From Candidatus Bacteroides intestinavium (GTDB lineage Bacteria; Bacteroidota; Bacteroidia; Bacteroidales; Bacteroidaceae), in contig DWZE01000089.1 in the NCBI GenBank assembly GCA_019118325.1, positions 1,197-65,196 of the forward strand: a stretch of 64,000 nucleotides of DNA, in the 5' to 3' direction. The translations under genes and the position numbers were made by a program. A model generated the notes under the pieces. That model was given only the letters and a program-made list of their open reading frames with translations. It was not told where the DNA came from and did not search any database. Below, in pieces: positions 38,908-48,217 of this stretch; the stretch's first letter is position 1, and each line of letters begins with the position of its first letter.

Positions 38908-41900
38908 ATGAAACCAACAGACATAAAGAAGGTGCTCCTGCTCGGCTCGGGCGCACTGAAGATTGGCGAGGCGGGCGAGTTCGACTACTCCGGTTCGCAG
39001 GCCCTCAAAGCCCTGAAGGAAGAGGGCATCCAGACCGTCCTCATCAATCCCAACATCGCCACCGTGCAGACCTCGGAAGGCGTGGCCGACCAAATCTATT
39101 TCCTCCCCGTGACGCCTTACTTCGTGGAGAAGGTCATCGCAAAGGAACGTCCGGACGGCATCATGCTGGCCTTCGGCGGACAGACAGCCCTGAACTGTGG
39201 CGTCGCCCTCTATCAGGCAGGCGTGTTCGAGAAATACAACGTGCAGGTGCTCGGCACCCCCGTGCAGGCCATCATCGACACGGAAGACCGCGAACTCTTC
39301 GTGGAAAGATTGAATGAAATCGACGTGAAGACCATCAAGAGCGAGGCCGTGGAGTGTGCCGAAGACGCCCGCCGCGCCGCCCGCGAGCTGGGCTATCCCG
39401 TCATAGTCCGCGCCGCCTACGCCCTCGGGGGGTTGGGCAGCGGCTTCTGCGACAACGAAGAGGAACTGAACGTGCTGGTAGAGAAGGCTTTCTCCTTCTC
39501 TCCGCAAGTGCTGGTGGAGAAGAGCCTCCGCGGCTGGAAGGAAGTGGAATACGAGGTAGTGCGCGACCGGTATGACAACTGCATCACCGTCTGCAACATG
39601 GAGAATTTCGACCCGCTGGGCATCCATACGGGCGAGTCCATCGTCATCGCGCCGAGCCAGACGCTCAGCAACACCGACTATCACAAGCTGCGCGAACTGG
39701 CCATCCGCATCATCCGTCACATCGGTATCGTGGGCGAGTGCAACGTGCAGTATGCCTATGACCCGCAGAGCGAGGATTATCGTGTCATCGAGGTCAATGC
39801 ACGCCTCTCGCGTTCGTCGGCTTTGGCCAGCAAGGCGACGGGCTATCCGTTGGCTTTCGTGGCCGCCAAGTTGGGCTTGGGCTATGGCCTTTTTGAGCTG
39901 AAGAATTCCGTCACCAAGACCACCAGTGCCTTCTTCGAGCCGGCATTGGACTACGTGGTTTGCAAAATACCCCGCTGGGACCTGGGTAAATTCCATGGGG
40001 TAGACAAGGAACTCGGCTCTTCGATGAAGTCCGTGGGCGAGGTGATGGCCATCGGCCGCACCTTCGAGGAAGCCATCCAGAAGGGTCTCCGCATGATAGG
40101 CCAGGGCATGCACGGCTTCGTGGAGAACAAGGAGCTGGTCATCCCCGACCTCGACAAGGCGCTGCGCGAGCCGACGGACAAGCGCATCTTCGTCATCTCC
40201 AAGGCCTTCCGTGCGGGCTATACCGTAGACCAGGTGCACGAACTCACCAAGATAGACCGCTGGTTTCTGGAGAAACTGATGAACATCATGCAGACCTCCA
40301 AGGAACTCCACGCCTGGGGGGCCAACCACAAGCAATTGATGGACCTGCCGGACACCTTATTATATAGGGCCAAACGCCAGGGATTTACCGACTTCCAGAT
40401 AGCCCGCGCCATCGGCATGGAGCAGGACGAGGACATCGAACAGGCCAGCCTGGAGATACGTCGCCACCGTAAGAGCCGCGGCATCCTGCCCGTGGTGAAG
40501 CAGATAGATACCTTGGCCGCCGAGTATCCCGCGCAGACCAACTACCTCTACCTGACCTATAGCGGGACGGAAAACGACGTGCATTATCTGGGCGACCGCA
40601 AGAGCATCGTCGTGCTCGGCTCGGGCGCCTACCGCATAGGCTCGTCCGTCGAATTCGACTGGTGCGGCGTGCAGGCATTGAACACCATCCGCAAGGAGGG
40701 TTATCGCAGCGTGATGATCAACTACAATCCAGAGACTGTCTCCACCGACTACGATATGTGTGACCGCCTCTACTTCGACGAGTTGACTTTTGAGCGCGTG
40801 ATGGATATCCTCGAACTGGAGAACCCGCACGGCGTCATCGTGTCCACGGGCGGCCAGATACCCAACAACTTGGCCATGCGTCTGGATGCCCAACGCGTCC
40901 CCATCCTGGGCACCTCGGCGCGGAGCATCGACAATGCCGAGGACCGCGACAAGTTCTCCGCCATGCTGGACCGCATCGGTGTGGACCAGCCCGAATGGAG
41001 TGCCTTGACTTCTATGGAAGACATCAATGCCTTTGTGGAAAAAGTGGGTTTCCCCGTCCTGGTACGTCCCAGCTACGTGCTGTCCGGTGCAGCTATGAAT
41101 GTCTGCTCCAACCAAGAAGAACTGGAGCGCTTCCTACAACTCGCGGCCAATGTCAGCCAGAAGCACCCCGTGGTGGTAAGCCAGTTCATCGAGCACGCCA
41201 AGGAGGTGGAAATGGATGCCGTGGCAAAGGATGGAGAAATCATTGCCTACGCCATCTCCGAGCATATTGAGTTTGCCGGAGTACATTCGGGCGACGCTAC
41301 CATCCAATTCCCGCCACAGAAGCTGTATGTGGAGACCGTACGTCGCATCAAGCGTATCAGCCGTGAGATAGCAAGAGAGCTGAAGATTTCTGGCCCGTTC
41401 AACATCCAGTTCCTGGCCAGGGATAACGATATCAAGGTCATCGAGTGCAACCTGCGCGCCTCCCGTTCATTCCCCTTCGTGAGCAAGGTACTGAAAATCA
41501 ACCTTATCGAGCTGGCCACTCAGGTAATGCTGGGTATCCCCGTGGAGAAGCCGGACAAGAACCTGTTCGACCTCGACTATGTAGGCATCAAGGCTTCGCA
41601 ATTCTCCTTCAACCGCCTTCAGAAGGCCGACCCTGTGCTTGGCGTGGATATGGCTTCCACTGGCGAGGTGGGTTGCCTGGGCGATGACACCAATTGCGCC
41701 ATCCTCAAGGCAATGCTCTCCGTGGGCTATCGCATCCCGGAGAAGAGTGTCCTCCTCTCTACGGGTGGGCCCAAGCAGAAAGTGGAAATGCTTCAGGCGG
41801 CACGTCAGCTTCAGAAGAAGGGGTATAAGATTTATGCTACGGGCGGTTCGTCCAAATTCCTCACGGAGAACGGTGTAGAGAACACCCGCGTCTATTGGCC

Positions 41901-42144
41901 GAGCGAGGAGGGCCAGCCTCAAGCACTCGACATGCTTCACCGCAAGGAGATAGACATGGTGGTGAACATCCCCAAGAACCTCACCTCGGGCGAGCTGACC
42001 AATGGCTACAAGATACGTCGTGCGGCCATCGACCTGAACATCCCATTGATTACTAATGCACGCCTGGCCAGTGCCTTCATCAATGCCTTCTGCACGATGT
42101 CTGTCGACGACCTGCAAATCAAGTCTTGGGCGGAATACAAATAG
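38908..42144 (+). CDS. carB: Carbamoyl-phosphate synthase large subunit
   Basis: GEAGEFDYSG, duplicated ATP-grasp domains, MGS domain. Confidence 0.97.
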   Translation: MKPTDIKKVLLLGSGALKIGEAGEFDYSGSQALKALKEEGIQTVLINPNIATVQTSEGVADQIYFLPVTPYFVEKVIAKERPDGIMLAFGGQTALNCGVALYQAGVFEKYNVQVLGTPVQAIIDTEDRELFVERLNEIDVKTIKSEAVECAEDARRAARELGYPVIVRAAYALGGLGSGFCDNEEELNVLVEKAFSFSPQVLVEKSLRGWKEVEYEVVRDRYDNCITVCNMENFDPLGIHTGESIVIAPSQTLSNTDYHKLRELAIRIIRHIGIVGECNVQYAYDPQSEDYRVIEVNARLSRSSALASKATGYPLAFVAAKLGLGYGLFELKNSVTKTTSAFFEPALDYVVCKIPRWDLGKFHGVDKELGSSMKSVGEVMAIGRTFEEAIQKGLRMIGQGMHGFVENKELVIPDLDKALREPTDKRIFVISKAFRAGYTVDQVHELTKIDRWFLEKLMNIMQTSKELHAWGANHKQLMDLPDTLLYRAKRQGFTDFQIARAIGMEQDEDIEQASLEIRRHRKSRGILPVVKQIDTLAAEYPAQTNYLYLTYSGTENDVHYLGDRKSIVVLGSGAYRIGSSVEFDWCGVQALNTIRKEGYRSVMINYNPETVSTDYDMCDRLYFDELTFERVMDILELENPHGVIVSTGGQIPNNLAMRLDAQRVPILGTSARSIDNAEDRDKFSAMLDRIGVDQPEWSALTSMEDINAFVEKVGFPVLVRPSYVLSGAAMNVCSNQEELERFLQLAANVSQKHPVVVSQFIEHAKEVEMDAVAKDGEIIAYAISEHIEFAGVHSGDATIQFPPQKLYVETVRRIKRISREIARELKISGPFNIQFLARDNDIKVIECNLRASRSFPFVSKVLKINLIELATQVMLGIPVEKPDKNLFDLDYVGIKASQFSFNRLQKADPVLGVDMASTGEVGCLGDDTNCAILKAMLSVGYRIPEKSVLLSTGGPKQKVEMLQAARQLQKKGYKIYATGGSSKFLTENGVENTRVYWPSEEGQPQALDMLHRKEIDMVVNIPKNLTSGELTNGYKIRRAAIDLNIPLITNARLASAFINAFCTMSVDDLQIKSWAEYK

Positions 42145-42152
42145 GAATTTAA

Positions 42153-42263
42153 TTCTTTAGACGCAGATGACGCAGATGCCGCTGATCTATAATCTTTGAT
42201 AACGGATAATCAGTCAATAAAGAAAATGAATCTGTGTCATCCGCGTCATCAGCGTCTAAAGAA
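42153..42263. repeat. Palindromic CAGAT-family element, copy 2
   Basis: TTCTTTAGACGCAGATGACGCAGATG pairs with CATCCGCGTCATCAGCGTCTAAAGAA. Confidence 0.85.
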
Positions 42264-42277
42264 TCACCCCGCTAACT

Positions 42278-42304
42278 TATCATTTAATTCTTGCGACTTA
42301 CTTA
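42278..42304. repeat. 27 bp sequence exactly inverted at 52171-52197
   Basis: TATCATTTAATTCTTGCGACTTACTTA is the reverse complement of TAAGTAAGTCGCAAGAATTAAATGATA. Confidence 0.9.
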
Positions 42305-42422
42305 ACTCCTTTAACTTCTCCAACTCCCCTAACTTCCTCCCCAAAAAATCATTTAATCCTGATTGCCTACAGAAAATCTCGCAGTTTTTACCTATTTTTG
42401 CACCCAACTAATCAAGAACCTT

Positions 42423-43142
42423 ATGACAACGATACTCTACAGAATCTATCAAGTTTGCATTGCGTTGCCCATTTTCGTAGTGCTGACCCTGCTGACTGCC
42501 TTCACCACCATCATCGGTTCGCTAATAGGCGGTGCGCACGTATGGGGGTATTATCCCGGCAAAATCTGGTCACAACTGACCTGCTACCTGCTGCTCTTGC
42601 CCGTCAAAGTGGAAGGACGGGAGAAACTGGACAAACATACTTCCTATGTGTTCGCCCCCAATCACCAGGGCATCTTCGATATCTTCCTGATATATGGTTT
42701 CCTGGGCCGCAATTTCAAATGGATGATGAAAAAGAGCCTGCGCAAAATACCCTTCGTAGGCAAAGCCTGTGAGAGTGCCGGACATATCTTCGTGGACCGT
42801 GCCAATGCCAAAGGTATGCTTTCCACCATCCGGCAGGCCGAACGGTCGTTGAAGAACGGAGTGTCCCTGGTGGTCTTTCCGGAAGGTTCACGTACCCAGG
42901 ACGGCACATTGGGTTCCTTCAAGCGGGGAGCCTTCCAGTTGGCCGATGACTTGCAATTGCCCGTGGTACCCGTCACCATCACCGGTTCGTTTGATGTATT
43001 GTCCCGCAGTGCCAAATGGGTACATCGTCATCGTCTGGTACTGACCATCCACCAACCTATCCCTCCCCAAGGCAAAGGTCCGGAAAACGTAAAGATGCTG
43101 ATGACTGAAACGTACGAGGCGGTGGCAAGCGGGTTAAAATGA
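42423..43142 (+). CDS. 1-acyl-sn-glycerol-3-phosphate acyltransferase (PlsC family)
   Basis: NHQGIFD (HxxxxD), FVDR, FPEGSR, PVVPV. TATTTTTG promoter box at 42393-42400. Confidence 0.92.
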   Translation: MTTILYRIYQVCIALPIFVVLTLLTAFTTIIGSLIGGAHVWGYYPGKIWSQLTCYLLLLPVKVEGREKLDKHTSYVFAPNHQGIFDIFLIYGFLGRNFKWMMKKSLRKIPFVGKACESAGHIFVDRANAKGMLSTIRQAERSLKNGVSLVVFPEGSRTQDGTLGSFKRGAFQLADDLQLPVVPVTITGSFDVLSRSAKWVHRHRLVLTIHQPIPPQGKGPENVKMLMTETYEAVASGLK

Positions 43143-43155
43143 TAATTTATCGGTG

Positions 43156-43353
43156 ATGGCACGCAGATGACACGGATGAAGCAGATTTACGCAGATTCAT
43201 TAATCATGGATGCACTCTGTATCTGTCATGTCGAGCTTGTCGAGACATCTCACGTGGCGCATGAAAAGGTCTTATGTGAGACCCCTCGACTTACGCTCGG
43301 GGTGACAGATACATCTGTGGACATCTGTCATATCAGCGTCATCTGCGTGCCAT
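43156..43353. repeat. Palindromic CAGAT-family element, copy 3, with nested REP-like insert (43218-43313)
   Basis: Outer ATGGCACGCAGATGAC/GTCATCTGCGTGCCAT. Inner TGTATCTGTCA...TGACAGATACA. Confidence 0.85.
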
Positions 43354-43389
43354 AAATTCCTATTTGTATAACGAACTATACCTGAAGCT

Positions 43390-44496
43390 ATGGGCTTATT
43401 AGAATTCAATAAACTCCCCATCAACACCTTGGTGGGGGCCGACTGGAAAACCTTCAAGGCGGTGACCGCCGGACGACAGATTGACCCGGCCTACCGCAAC
43501 AAGTATCGGTTGACCAAGGCTGTCTGCCGTTTGCTTTCTACGCTGACTTCCCTGCAGGACAAGCGCTACGAAAAACTCCTGGCCGACCAACCCTTGGAGC
43601 ACGACCCGCTCTTCATTCTCGGTCATTGGCGCAGCGGTACGACTTTCGTGCACAATGTCTTCTCGTGTGACAGCCATTTCGGCTACAACACCACTTATCA
43701 GACCGTCTTCCCGCATCTGATGATGTGGGGACAACCGTTCTTCAAGAAAAACATGAGCTGGCTGATGCCCGACAAGCGTCCGACGGACAACATGGAACTG
43801 GCCGTGGACCTGCCCCAGGAAGAGGAGTTCGCCTTGGCCAACATGATGCCCTATACCTATTATAATTTCTGGTTCTTCCCGAAATATCAGCAGGAGTATG
43901 CCGAGAAGTACTTGCTGTTCAATAACATCACGCCGGAGGAACTGAAGCTGTTCGAGGAGACCTTCATCAAGCTCATCAAGATATCTTTGTGGAATACGCA
44001 CGGCACCCAGTTCCTCAGCAAGAACCCGCCGCATACCGGGCGTGTCCGTGAACTGGTCAAGATGTTCCCCAATGCCAAGTTCATCTATCTGGTGCGCAAT
44101 CCCTACACCGTCTTCGAGAGCACGCGCAGCTTCTTCACCAACACCATCCAGCCGTTGAAGTTGGAAGATATCGCACCGGAAGAACTGGAGCAGAACATTC
44201 TGTCCGTCTACGCGAAACTTTACCACAAGTACGAAGCCGACAAGTCGTGCATCCCTGCGGGCAATCTCATCGAGGTGAAGTTCGAGGATTTCGAGGCCGA
44301 TGCCATGGGTATGACCGAGCATATCTACCAGGCCCTCTCTCTGCCCGGATATCCCGAATCGCGCGCCGCCATCGAGAAGTACGTGGGCGGCAAGAAGGGC
44401 TATAAGAAAAACAAGTACAAGTACGACGACCGTACCGTGCGCCTCGTCCAGGAGAACTGGGGCTTTGCACTGGAACAGTGGAAGTATGAAATCTGA
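43390..44496 (+). CDS. PAPS-dependent sulfotransferase, probable BT_0416-like sterol/cholesterol sulfotransferase
   Basis: 5'-PSB motif GHWRSGTT, KNPPH, 3'-PB motif RNPYTVFES. Recalled similarity and downstream synteny (PCMD...OmpA-ruvX-def) match B. thetaiotaomicron BT_0416. Confidence 0.85.
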   Translation: MGLLEFNKLPINTLVGADWKTFKAVTAGRQIDPAYRNKYRLTKAVCRLLSTLTSLQDKRYEKLLADQPLEHDPLFILGHWRSGTTFVHNVFSCDSHFGYNTTYQTVFPHLMMWGQPFFKKNMSWLMPDKRPTDNMELAVDLPQEEEFALANMMPYTYYNFWFFPKYQQEYAEKYLLFNNITPEELKLFEETFIKLIKISLWNTHGTQFLSKNPPHTGRVRELVKMFPNAKFIYLVRNPYTVFESTRSFFTNTIQPLKLEDIAPEELEQNILSVYAKLYHKYEADKSCIPAGNLIEVKFEDFEADAMGMTEHIYQALSLPGYPESRAAIEKYVGGKKGYKKNKYKYDDRTVRLVQENWGFALEQWKYEI

Positions 44497-44498
44497 TC

Positions 44499-44586
44499 AA
44501 TGAAGAATGAAGGGTGAATAATGAAGAATTTGCCGGATGCTCATTCTTCATCATCATTCTTAGTTCTTCATTCTTAATTCTTCATT
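44499..44586. repeat. Palindromic 7 bp-periodic (AATGAAG) element
   Basis: AATGAAGAATGAAG... left arm and ...TTCTTCATTCTTAATTCTTCATT right arm. A left arm alone occurs at about 37379-37410. Confidence 0.75.
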
Positions 44587-44592
44587 AAAACG

Positions 44593-45558
44593 ATGAAACT
44601 AAAGTCTTATTTAGTATGCCTTGTCCTCACCCTCCTGGCTTGTACCCCTCTGACGGCCCAGGAAGAGCGGGTGGAGGAAATCCCTTTCGGGAATATGGAC
44701 CAGTGGATTGACCGGCAAATCAAGGAGTCCGCCATCATTGGCGGAGACACGAAGCATGTCTATGCCATAGGCCCCACGCAGACTATCACCAACAGTGAAG
44801 CCTATCGGAATCTGGGCGGCTCGCCCTGGGCATCGTCCAATGTGATGGCCCGTGTGGCCGGTGTCACCAAGACGAACACCTCGGTTTTCCCGGAGAAGCG
44901 TGGGAACGGCTATTGCGCACGGATGGATACGCGGATGGAGAGCGTGAAGGTGCTGGGACTGGTCAATATTACGGTACTGGCCGCCGGTTCTGTTTTCTTG
45001 GGAGAGATGCACGAGCCTATCACCAGCACCAAAGACCCGATGCGCAAACTGGATACCGGCATTCCTTTCAGCAAGAAGCCCAAGGCCATCCGCTTCGACT
45101 ATAAAATCCGGATGTCCGACCGTCCCAACCGCATTCGTGCCACCGGCTTCAGCCGCATCAAGGACGTGGAGGGACGTGACTTTCCCGAGGTCAACCTGTA
45201 TCTCCAGAAACGTTGGGAGGACAAGGATGGCAACATCTATGCCAAGCGCGTCGGCACCATGGTGGTACGTTATGACAAAACCACGCCAGACTGGCAGAAC
45301 AATGCCACGTACACCATCCTTTACGGCGACATCACGAATCACCCGGACTATAATCCCGACATGATGCGTCTGCAGGTGCAGGAGCGCTTTGCCGTCAACA
45401 GTAAGGGCGAGAGTGTGCCCATCCAGGAAGTGGGGTGGGGAACGAAAGACGATGTGCCTACACACTTGCAGTTGCAGTTCACCTCCAGTCATGGCGGCGC
45501 TTATATCGGCTCGCCCGGCAATACGTTCTGGGTGGATAACGTGCGGATGGTATATTGA
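44593..45558 (+). CDS. PCMD (putative carbohydrate metabolism domain) secreted protein
   Basis: Signal peptide, SPWASSN, LAAGSVFLG, PTHLQLQFTSS, GSPGNTFWVDNV. Confidence 0.8.
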   Translation: MKLKSYLVCLVLTLLACTPLTAQEERVEEIPFGNMDQWIDRQIKESAIIGGDTKHVYAIGPTQTITNSEAYRNLGGSPWASSNVMARVAGVTKTNTSVFPEKRGNGYCARMDTRMESVKVLGLVNITVLAAGSVFLGEMHEPITSTKDPMRKLDTGIPFSKKPKAIRFDYKIRMSDRPNRIRATGFSRIKDVEGRDFPEVNLYLQKRWEDKDGNIYAKRVGTMVVRYDKTTPDWQNNATYTILYGDITNHPDYNPDMMRLQVQERFAVNSKGESVPIQEVGWGTKDDVPTHLQLQFTSSHGGAYIGSPGNTFWVDNVRMVY

Positions 45559-45654
45559 TGCTTGACTATTAACGATTTGTACGCTCATGATGCAGGCCCA
45601 TGCATACGCCGCAGACATCGAACGTCAATATCCTTCCTATGTGTCGTAGGGGGG

Positions 45655-45738
45655 GATATCTCCGTCCGTGTCCGGTGATATCCCCGCCCGTGTCCGGAGA
45701 TATCCCCGCCCGCGCCCGGAGATATTCCCGTCCGTGCC
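45655..45738. repeat. Four tandem 22 bp units (GATATCCCCGCCCGTGTCCGGA consensus)
   Basis: Units at 45655, 45677, 45699 and 45721. Confidence 0.9.
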
Positions 45739-45920
45739 TCTTGTAAGCCAACAATTTTCATGGATGTGAGTTGGAGTGTTTAGGAGGCTTGTGGTGGGCG
45801 AAGCCAAGAAAATGTAAGAATAGGTCGCTGACTTTCTGCCGGAATGGCGGAAAAATGTTCAATCCGCTGACATCTTATTAAAAATAGGGAAAAGCCGACG
45901 TTATTTTTTTCGTATATTTC

Positions 45921-45951
45921 TTTGGTGTAATGAAAAAAGTACCTACATTTG
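45921..45951 (+). promoter_or_regulatory. Consensus Bacteroidetes promoter for the outer-membrane operon
   Basis: TTTG (45921-45924), 19 bp spacer, TACATTTG (45944-45951). Confidence 0.75.
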
Positions 45952-46018
45952 CAACGTGTTTTGTATCGCTTAGATGCAAAAAGAAATGAAAAAAATGAGG
46001 TGTAACAGATACTCGGAC

Positions 46019-47248
46019 ATGAGAAAGTGCCTGACTACTAAAACAATAATACGGCTTGTGGCGTTCTTTTTATGTGGCTTGACAACCCTGAATGGAGTTG
46101 CCCAGACAGGCGAGCAGACCGTAGATGCATTGGTGGAGATGGGCTTTGAGAATGTTGGGTGGACGGAAGACGGCGATGAGCGTGTGTATGTCCTGCAGAA
46201 TTCGGCATACCGTTTGCAGGGGGTAGGCGTCGGGAAGGCTGTCGATATTATTCAGGAAATGGGCTTGCCGGAGGACAAACCGTGCCGCATCATTGTCTTG
46301 GATAACAACGTGCCTCAGGTTTCTCTTTACTATCACCCGATAAAGGGTGATACCGTTTCACTGGCCGAACGGCGGGATTGGAACGTCAGTTATGATCTCG
46401 GCGGTTCCTGGCAGAAGGTGCGGAAGGTAAAGAAGAAAAATAGTTCTTTGTTTAAGGTTGATATCGTGGTGTATCCGGATTTGTCGTTGCAAAATCTGGT
46501 GCTTACGCAAATATATACCGTGTTGTTTAATTTGGATCCGACTATTGAGGTGTCCTTGTGGAAGGGAGCGAAATTAAATGCGCAGGTAATCATACCTATT
46601 TATAACGAATATGGTGATTCGTATGGCCAGATACGGCAGGGATATATCGGACTTTCCCAACAGGTGCGATTGCCTTACAATACGTTTGTAACGGCGGCAA
46701 TCGGGACATTTACAAATAATCGTTGGGGAGGCGACTTGAGCGCGATACACTATTTTAAGGATGAGCGTTTTTCCGTAGAGGGACGAATCGGTTATACCGG
46801 TCGGTCTCGCTTCGTGAATTGGCGATGGAAAGTAAGTCCGTTGAAGCGGTTGACGTGGACGTTGGGAGGTGGCTTTTATTGGCCTAAATATAATACGCAG
46901 TTCAAACTGAAAGTAGAACAGTATTTGTTGAGCGAGAAAGGCATCCGCTTCGAAATGACGCGAAACTTCCGTTATACGTCTATCGGTTTCTATGCCATGA
47001 AAGTGCAGCATGCAGGTAATAATGGGTATAATGGCGGTTTCCGTTTTCAGGTGAACTTGCCTCCGTATAAGTACAAACGGAAAGGGTATATTCCGCGAGT
47101 TTTGCCATCCCGCTCGTTCGGATTGGCATATAATGCCGGAAATGAACGTTATTATGGGAAAAGCTATAGTGCGACATTGGGTAATACCATCGCGCAGGAA
47201 AATAGCTTGAATCCCTATTTTATAAAGAGTGAATTGTTGAATTTTTAA
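46019..47248 (+). CDS. YjbH/GfcD-like outer-membrane protein (middle domain plus C-terminal barrel half)
   Basis: Signal peptide, GFENV...NSAYR alpha/beta domain, amphipathic aromatic beta strands, terminal Phe. Family from recall and start codon uncertain. Confidence 0.65.
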   Translation: MRKCLTTKTIIRLVAFFLCGLTTLNGVAQTGEQTVDALVEMGFENVGWTEDGDERVYVLQNSAYRLQGVGVGKAVDIIQEMGLPEDKPCRIIVLDNNVPQVSLYYHPIKGDTVSLAERRDWNVSYDLGGSWQKVRKVKKKNSSLFKVDIVVYPDLSLQNLVLTQIYTVLFNLDPTIEVSLWKGAKLNAQVIIPIYNEYGDSYGQIRQGYIGLSQQVRLPYNTFVTAAIGTFTNNRWGGDLSAIHYFKDERFSVEGRIGYTGRSRFVNWRWKVSPLKRLTWTLGGGFYWPKYNTQFKLKVEQYLLSEKGIRFEMTRNFRYTSIGFYAMKVQHAGNNGYNGGFRFQVNLPPYKYKRKGYIPRVLPSRSFGLAYNAGNERYYGKSYSATLGNTIAQENSLNPYFIKSELLNF

Positions 47249-47259
47249 TTTATATTGAG

Positions 47260-48177
47260 ATGAACATGAAAAGTAAATTCTTCGGGCTTAATGCCAAGTT
47301 GGCATTAGCTGTGTTGGCAGTTGGTACGATGTTTACAGGCTGCTATGATTCTGAGAACGGTGACGTGGTTAAGCCGTATGAACCGCTTCCCGCAACGTAC
47401 TATGTAATGGGTACTATTACGGATGCTACAACTGGTGATGTGTTGCCAAAAGCAAACGTGACAGTTAATGGTGCATCGGTTGAGTTGAATAGTGACGCTA
47501 GTTATTCTGTAGAGGGACAAAGTGGTCCTAACACTGTGGCTGTACGGTTGGATGGTTATAAGGAAGTAAGTCGGACCGTTGATATTCCTACTTTGAGCGA
47601 TGGTCAGTCTTATACGGCTGTTGTGAATGTGGCATTGACTCCCAATGCTGTTGCGCCTGAATTGGAGGTAGAAGTCGAAGTTGTGACGACTGTAAATCGT
47701 GAAGAAATCAAATTGGACAAGGATGGCAAATATGGTCAAGAGCCTGCTCCCGGATTGGATTTGATGGCTGAGGAAGAAGCTGCTGTCTTTACCAGAAACT
47801 TTGATGTTGAAGCCGGTTATGACTTTGTGATGAATCCTGAGAATCCTTCTGAAGAGATGCTTGCTTATGTTCAGAACTACTTGGGTGAGAACTATGGTCA
47901 GAGTGAGGTAGAAACAATCACTGTGCCCTACACCTTCCAAATTCCTTCTTGGAACGCATTGGATTATGTAAGCATTACTTATATGTACGTGACTACTACT
48001 TACACTTTCACTTCTTCTGAAAATGAGACGTGTGTGGTGAATGTCAACGGCATTACAGGCTATGCATTCGGTACGGCATTTATTCCTAACCACAATTATT
48101 CTCACAGCCACGGTCATGGCCATGGTCACGGTGATAATATCAACGCTGGTGGTGGTATCTTGACTCCTGAAATGTAA
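47260..48177 (+). CDS. DUF3869-like surface lipoprotein with His/Gly-rich C-terminal tail
   Basis: Lipobox MFTG-C then acidic YDSENGD, Ig/CarboxypepD_reg-like domain (GTITDATTG), tail HNYSHSHGHGHGHGDNINAGGG. Confidence 0.8.
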   Translation: MNMKSKFFGLNAKLALAVLAVGTMFTGCYDSENGDVVKPYEPLPATYYVMGTITDATTGDVLPKANVTVNGASVELNSDASYSVEGQSGPNTVAVRLDGYKEVSRTVDIPTLSDGQSYTAVVNVALTPNAVAPELEVEVEVVTTVNREEIKLDKDGKYGQEPAPGLDLMAEEEAAVFTRNFDVEAGYDFVMNPENPSEEMLAYVQNYLGENYGQSEVETITVPYTFQIPSWNALDYVSITYMYVTTTYTFTSSENETCVVNVNGITGYAFGTAFIPNHNYSHSHGHGHGHGDNINAGGGILTPEM

Positions 48178-48217
48178 TTTGGAGAGTTAAGAACGCTTGG
48201 AGAAAGCAATGGAGGAT

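Noticed and set aside
36168-40335. Long minus-strand ORFs (636 aa, 477 aa) opposite purF/carA/carB
   Set aside because: Antisense shadows caused by codon bias in the real genes.
42196-43457. Short ORFs 42196-42411, 43167-43355 and 43272-43457
   Set aside because: They are translations of palindromic repeat elements, with no coding evidence.
45760-45975. Invertible (phase-variable) promoter upstream of the outer-membrane operon
   Set aside because: No convincing inverted repeat pair flanks the promoter and no recombinase is adjacent. Only a short CGCTGAC direct repeat was seen.
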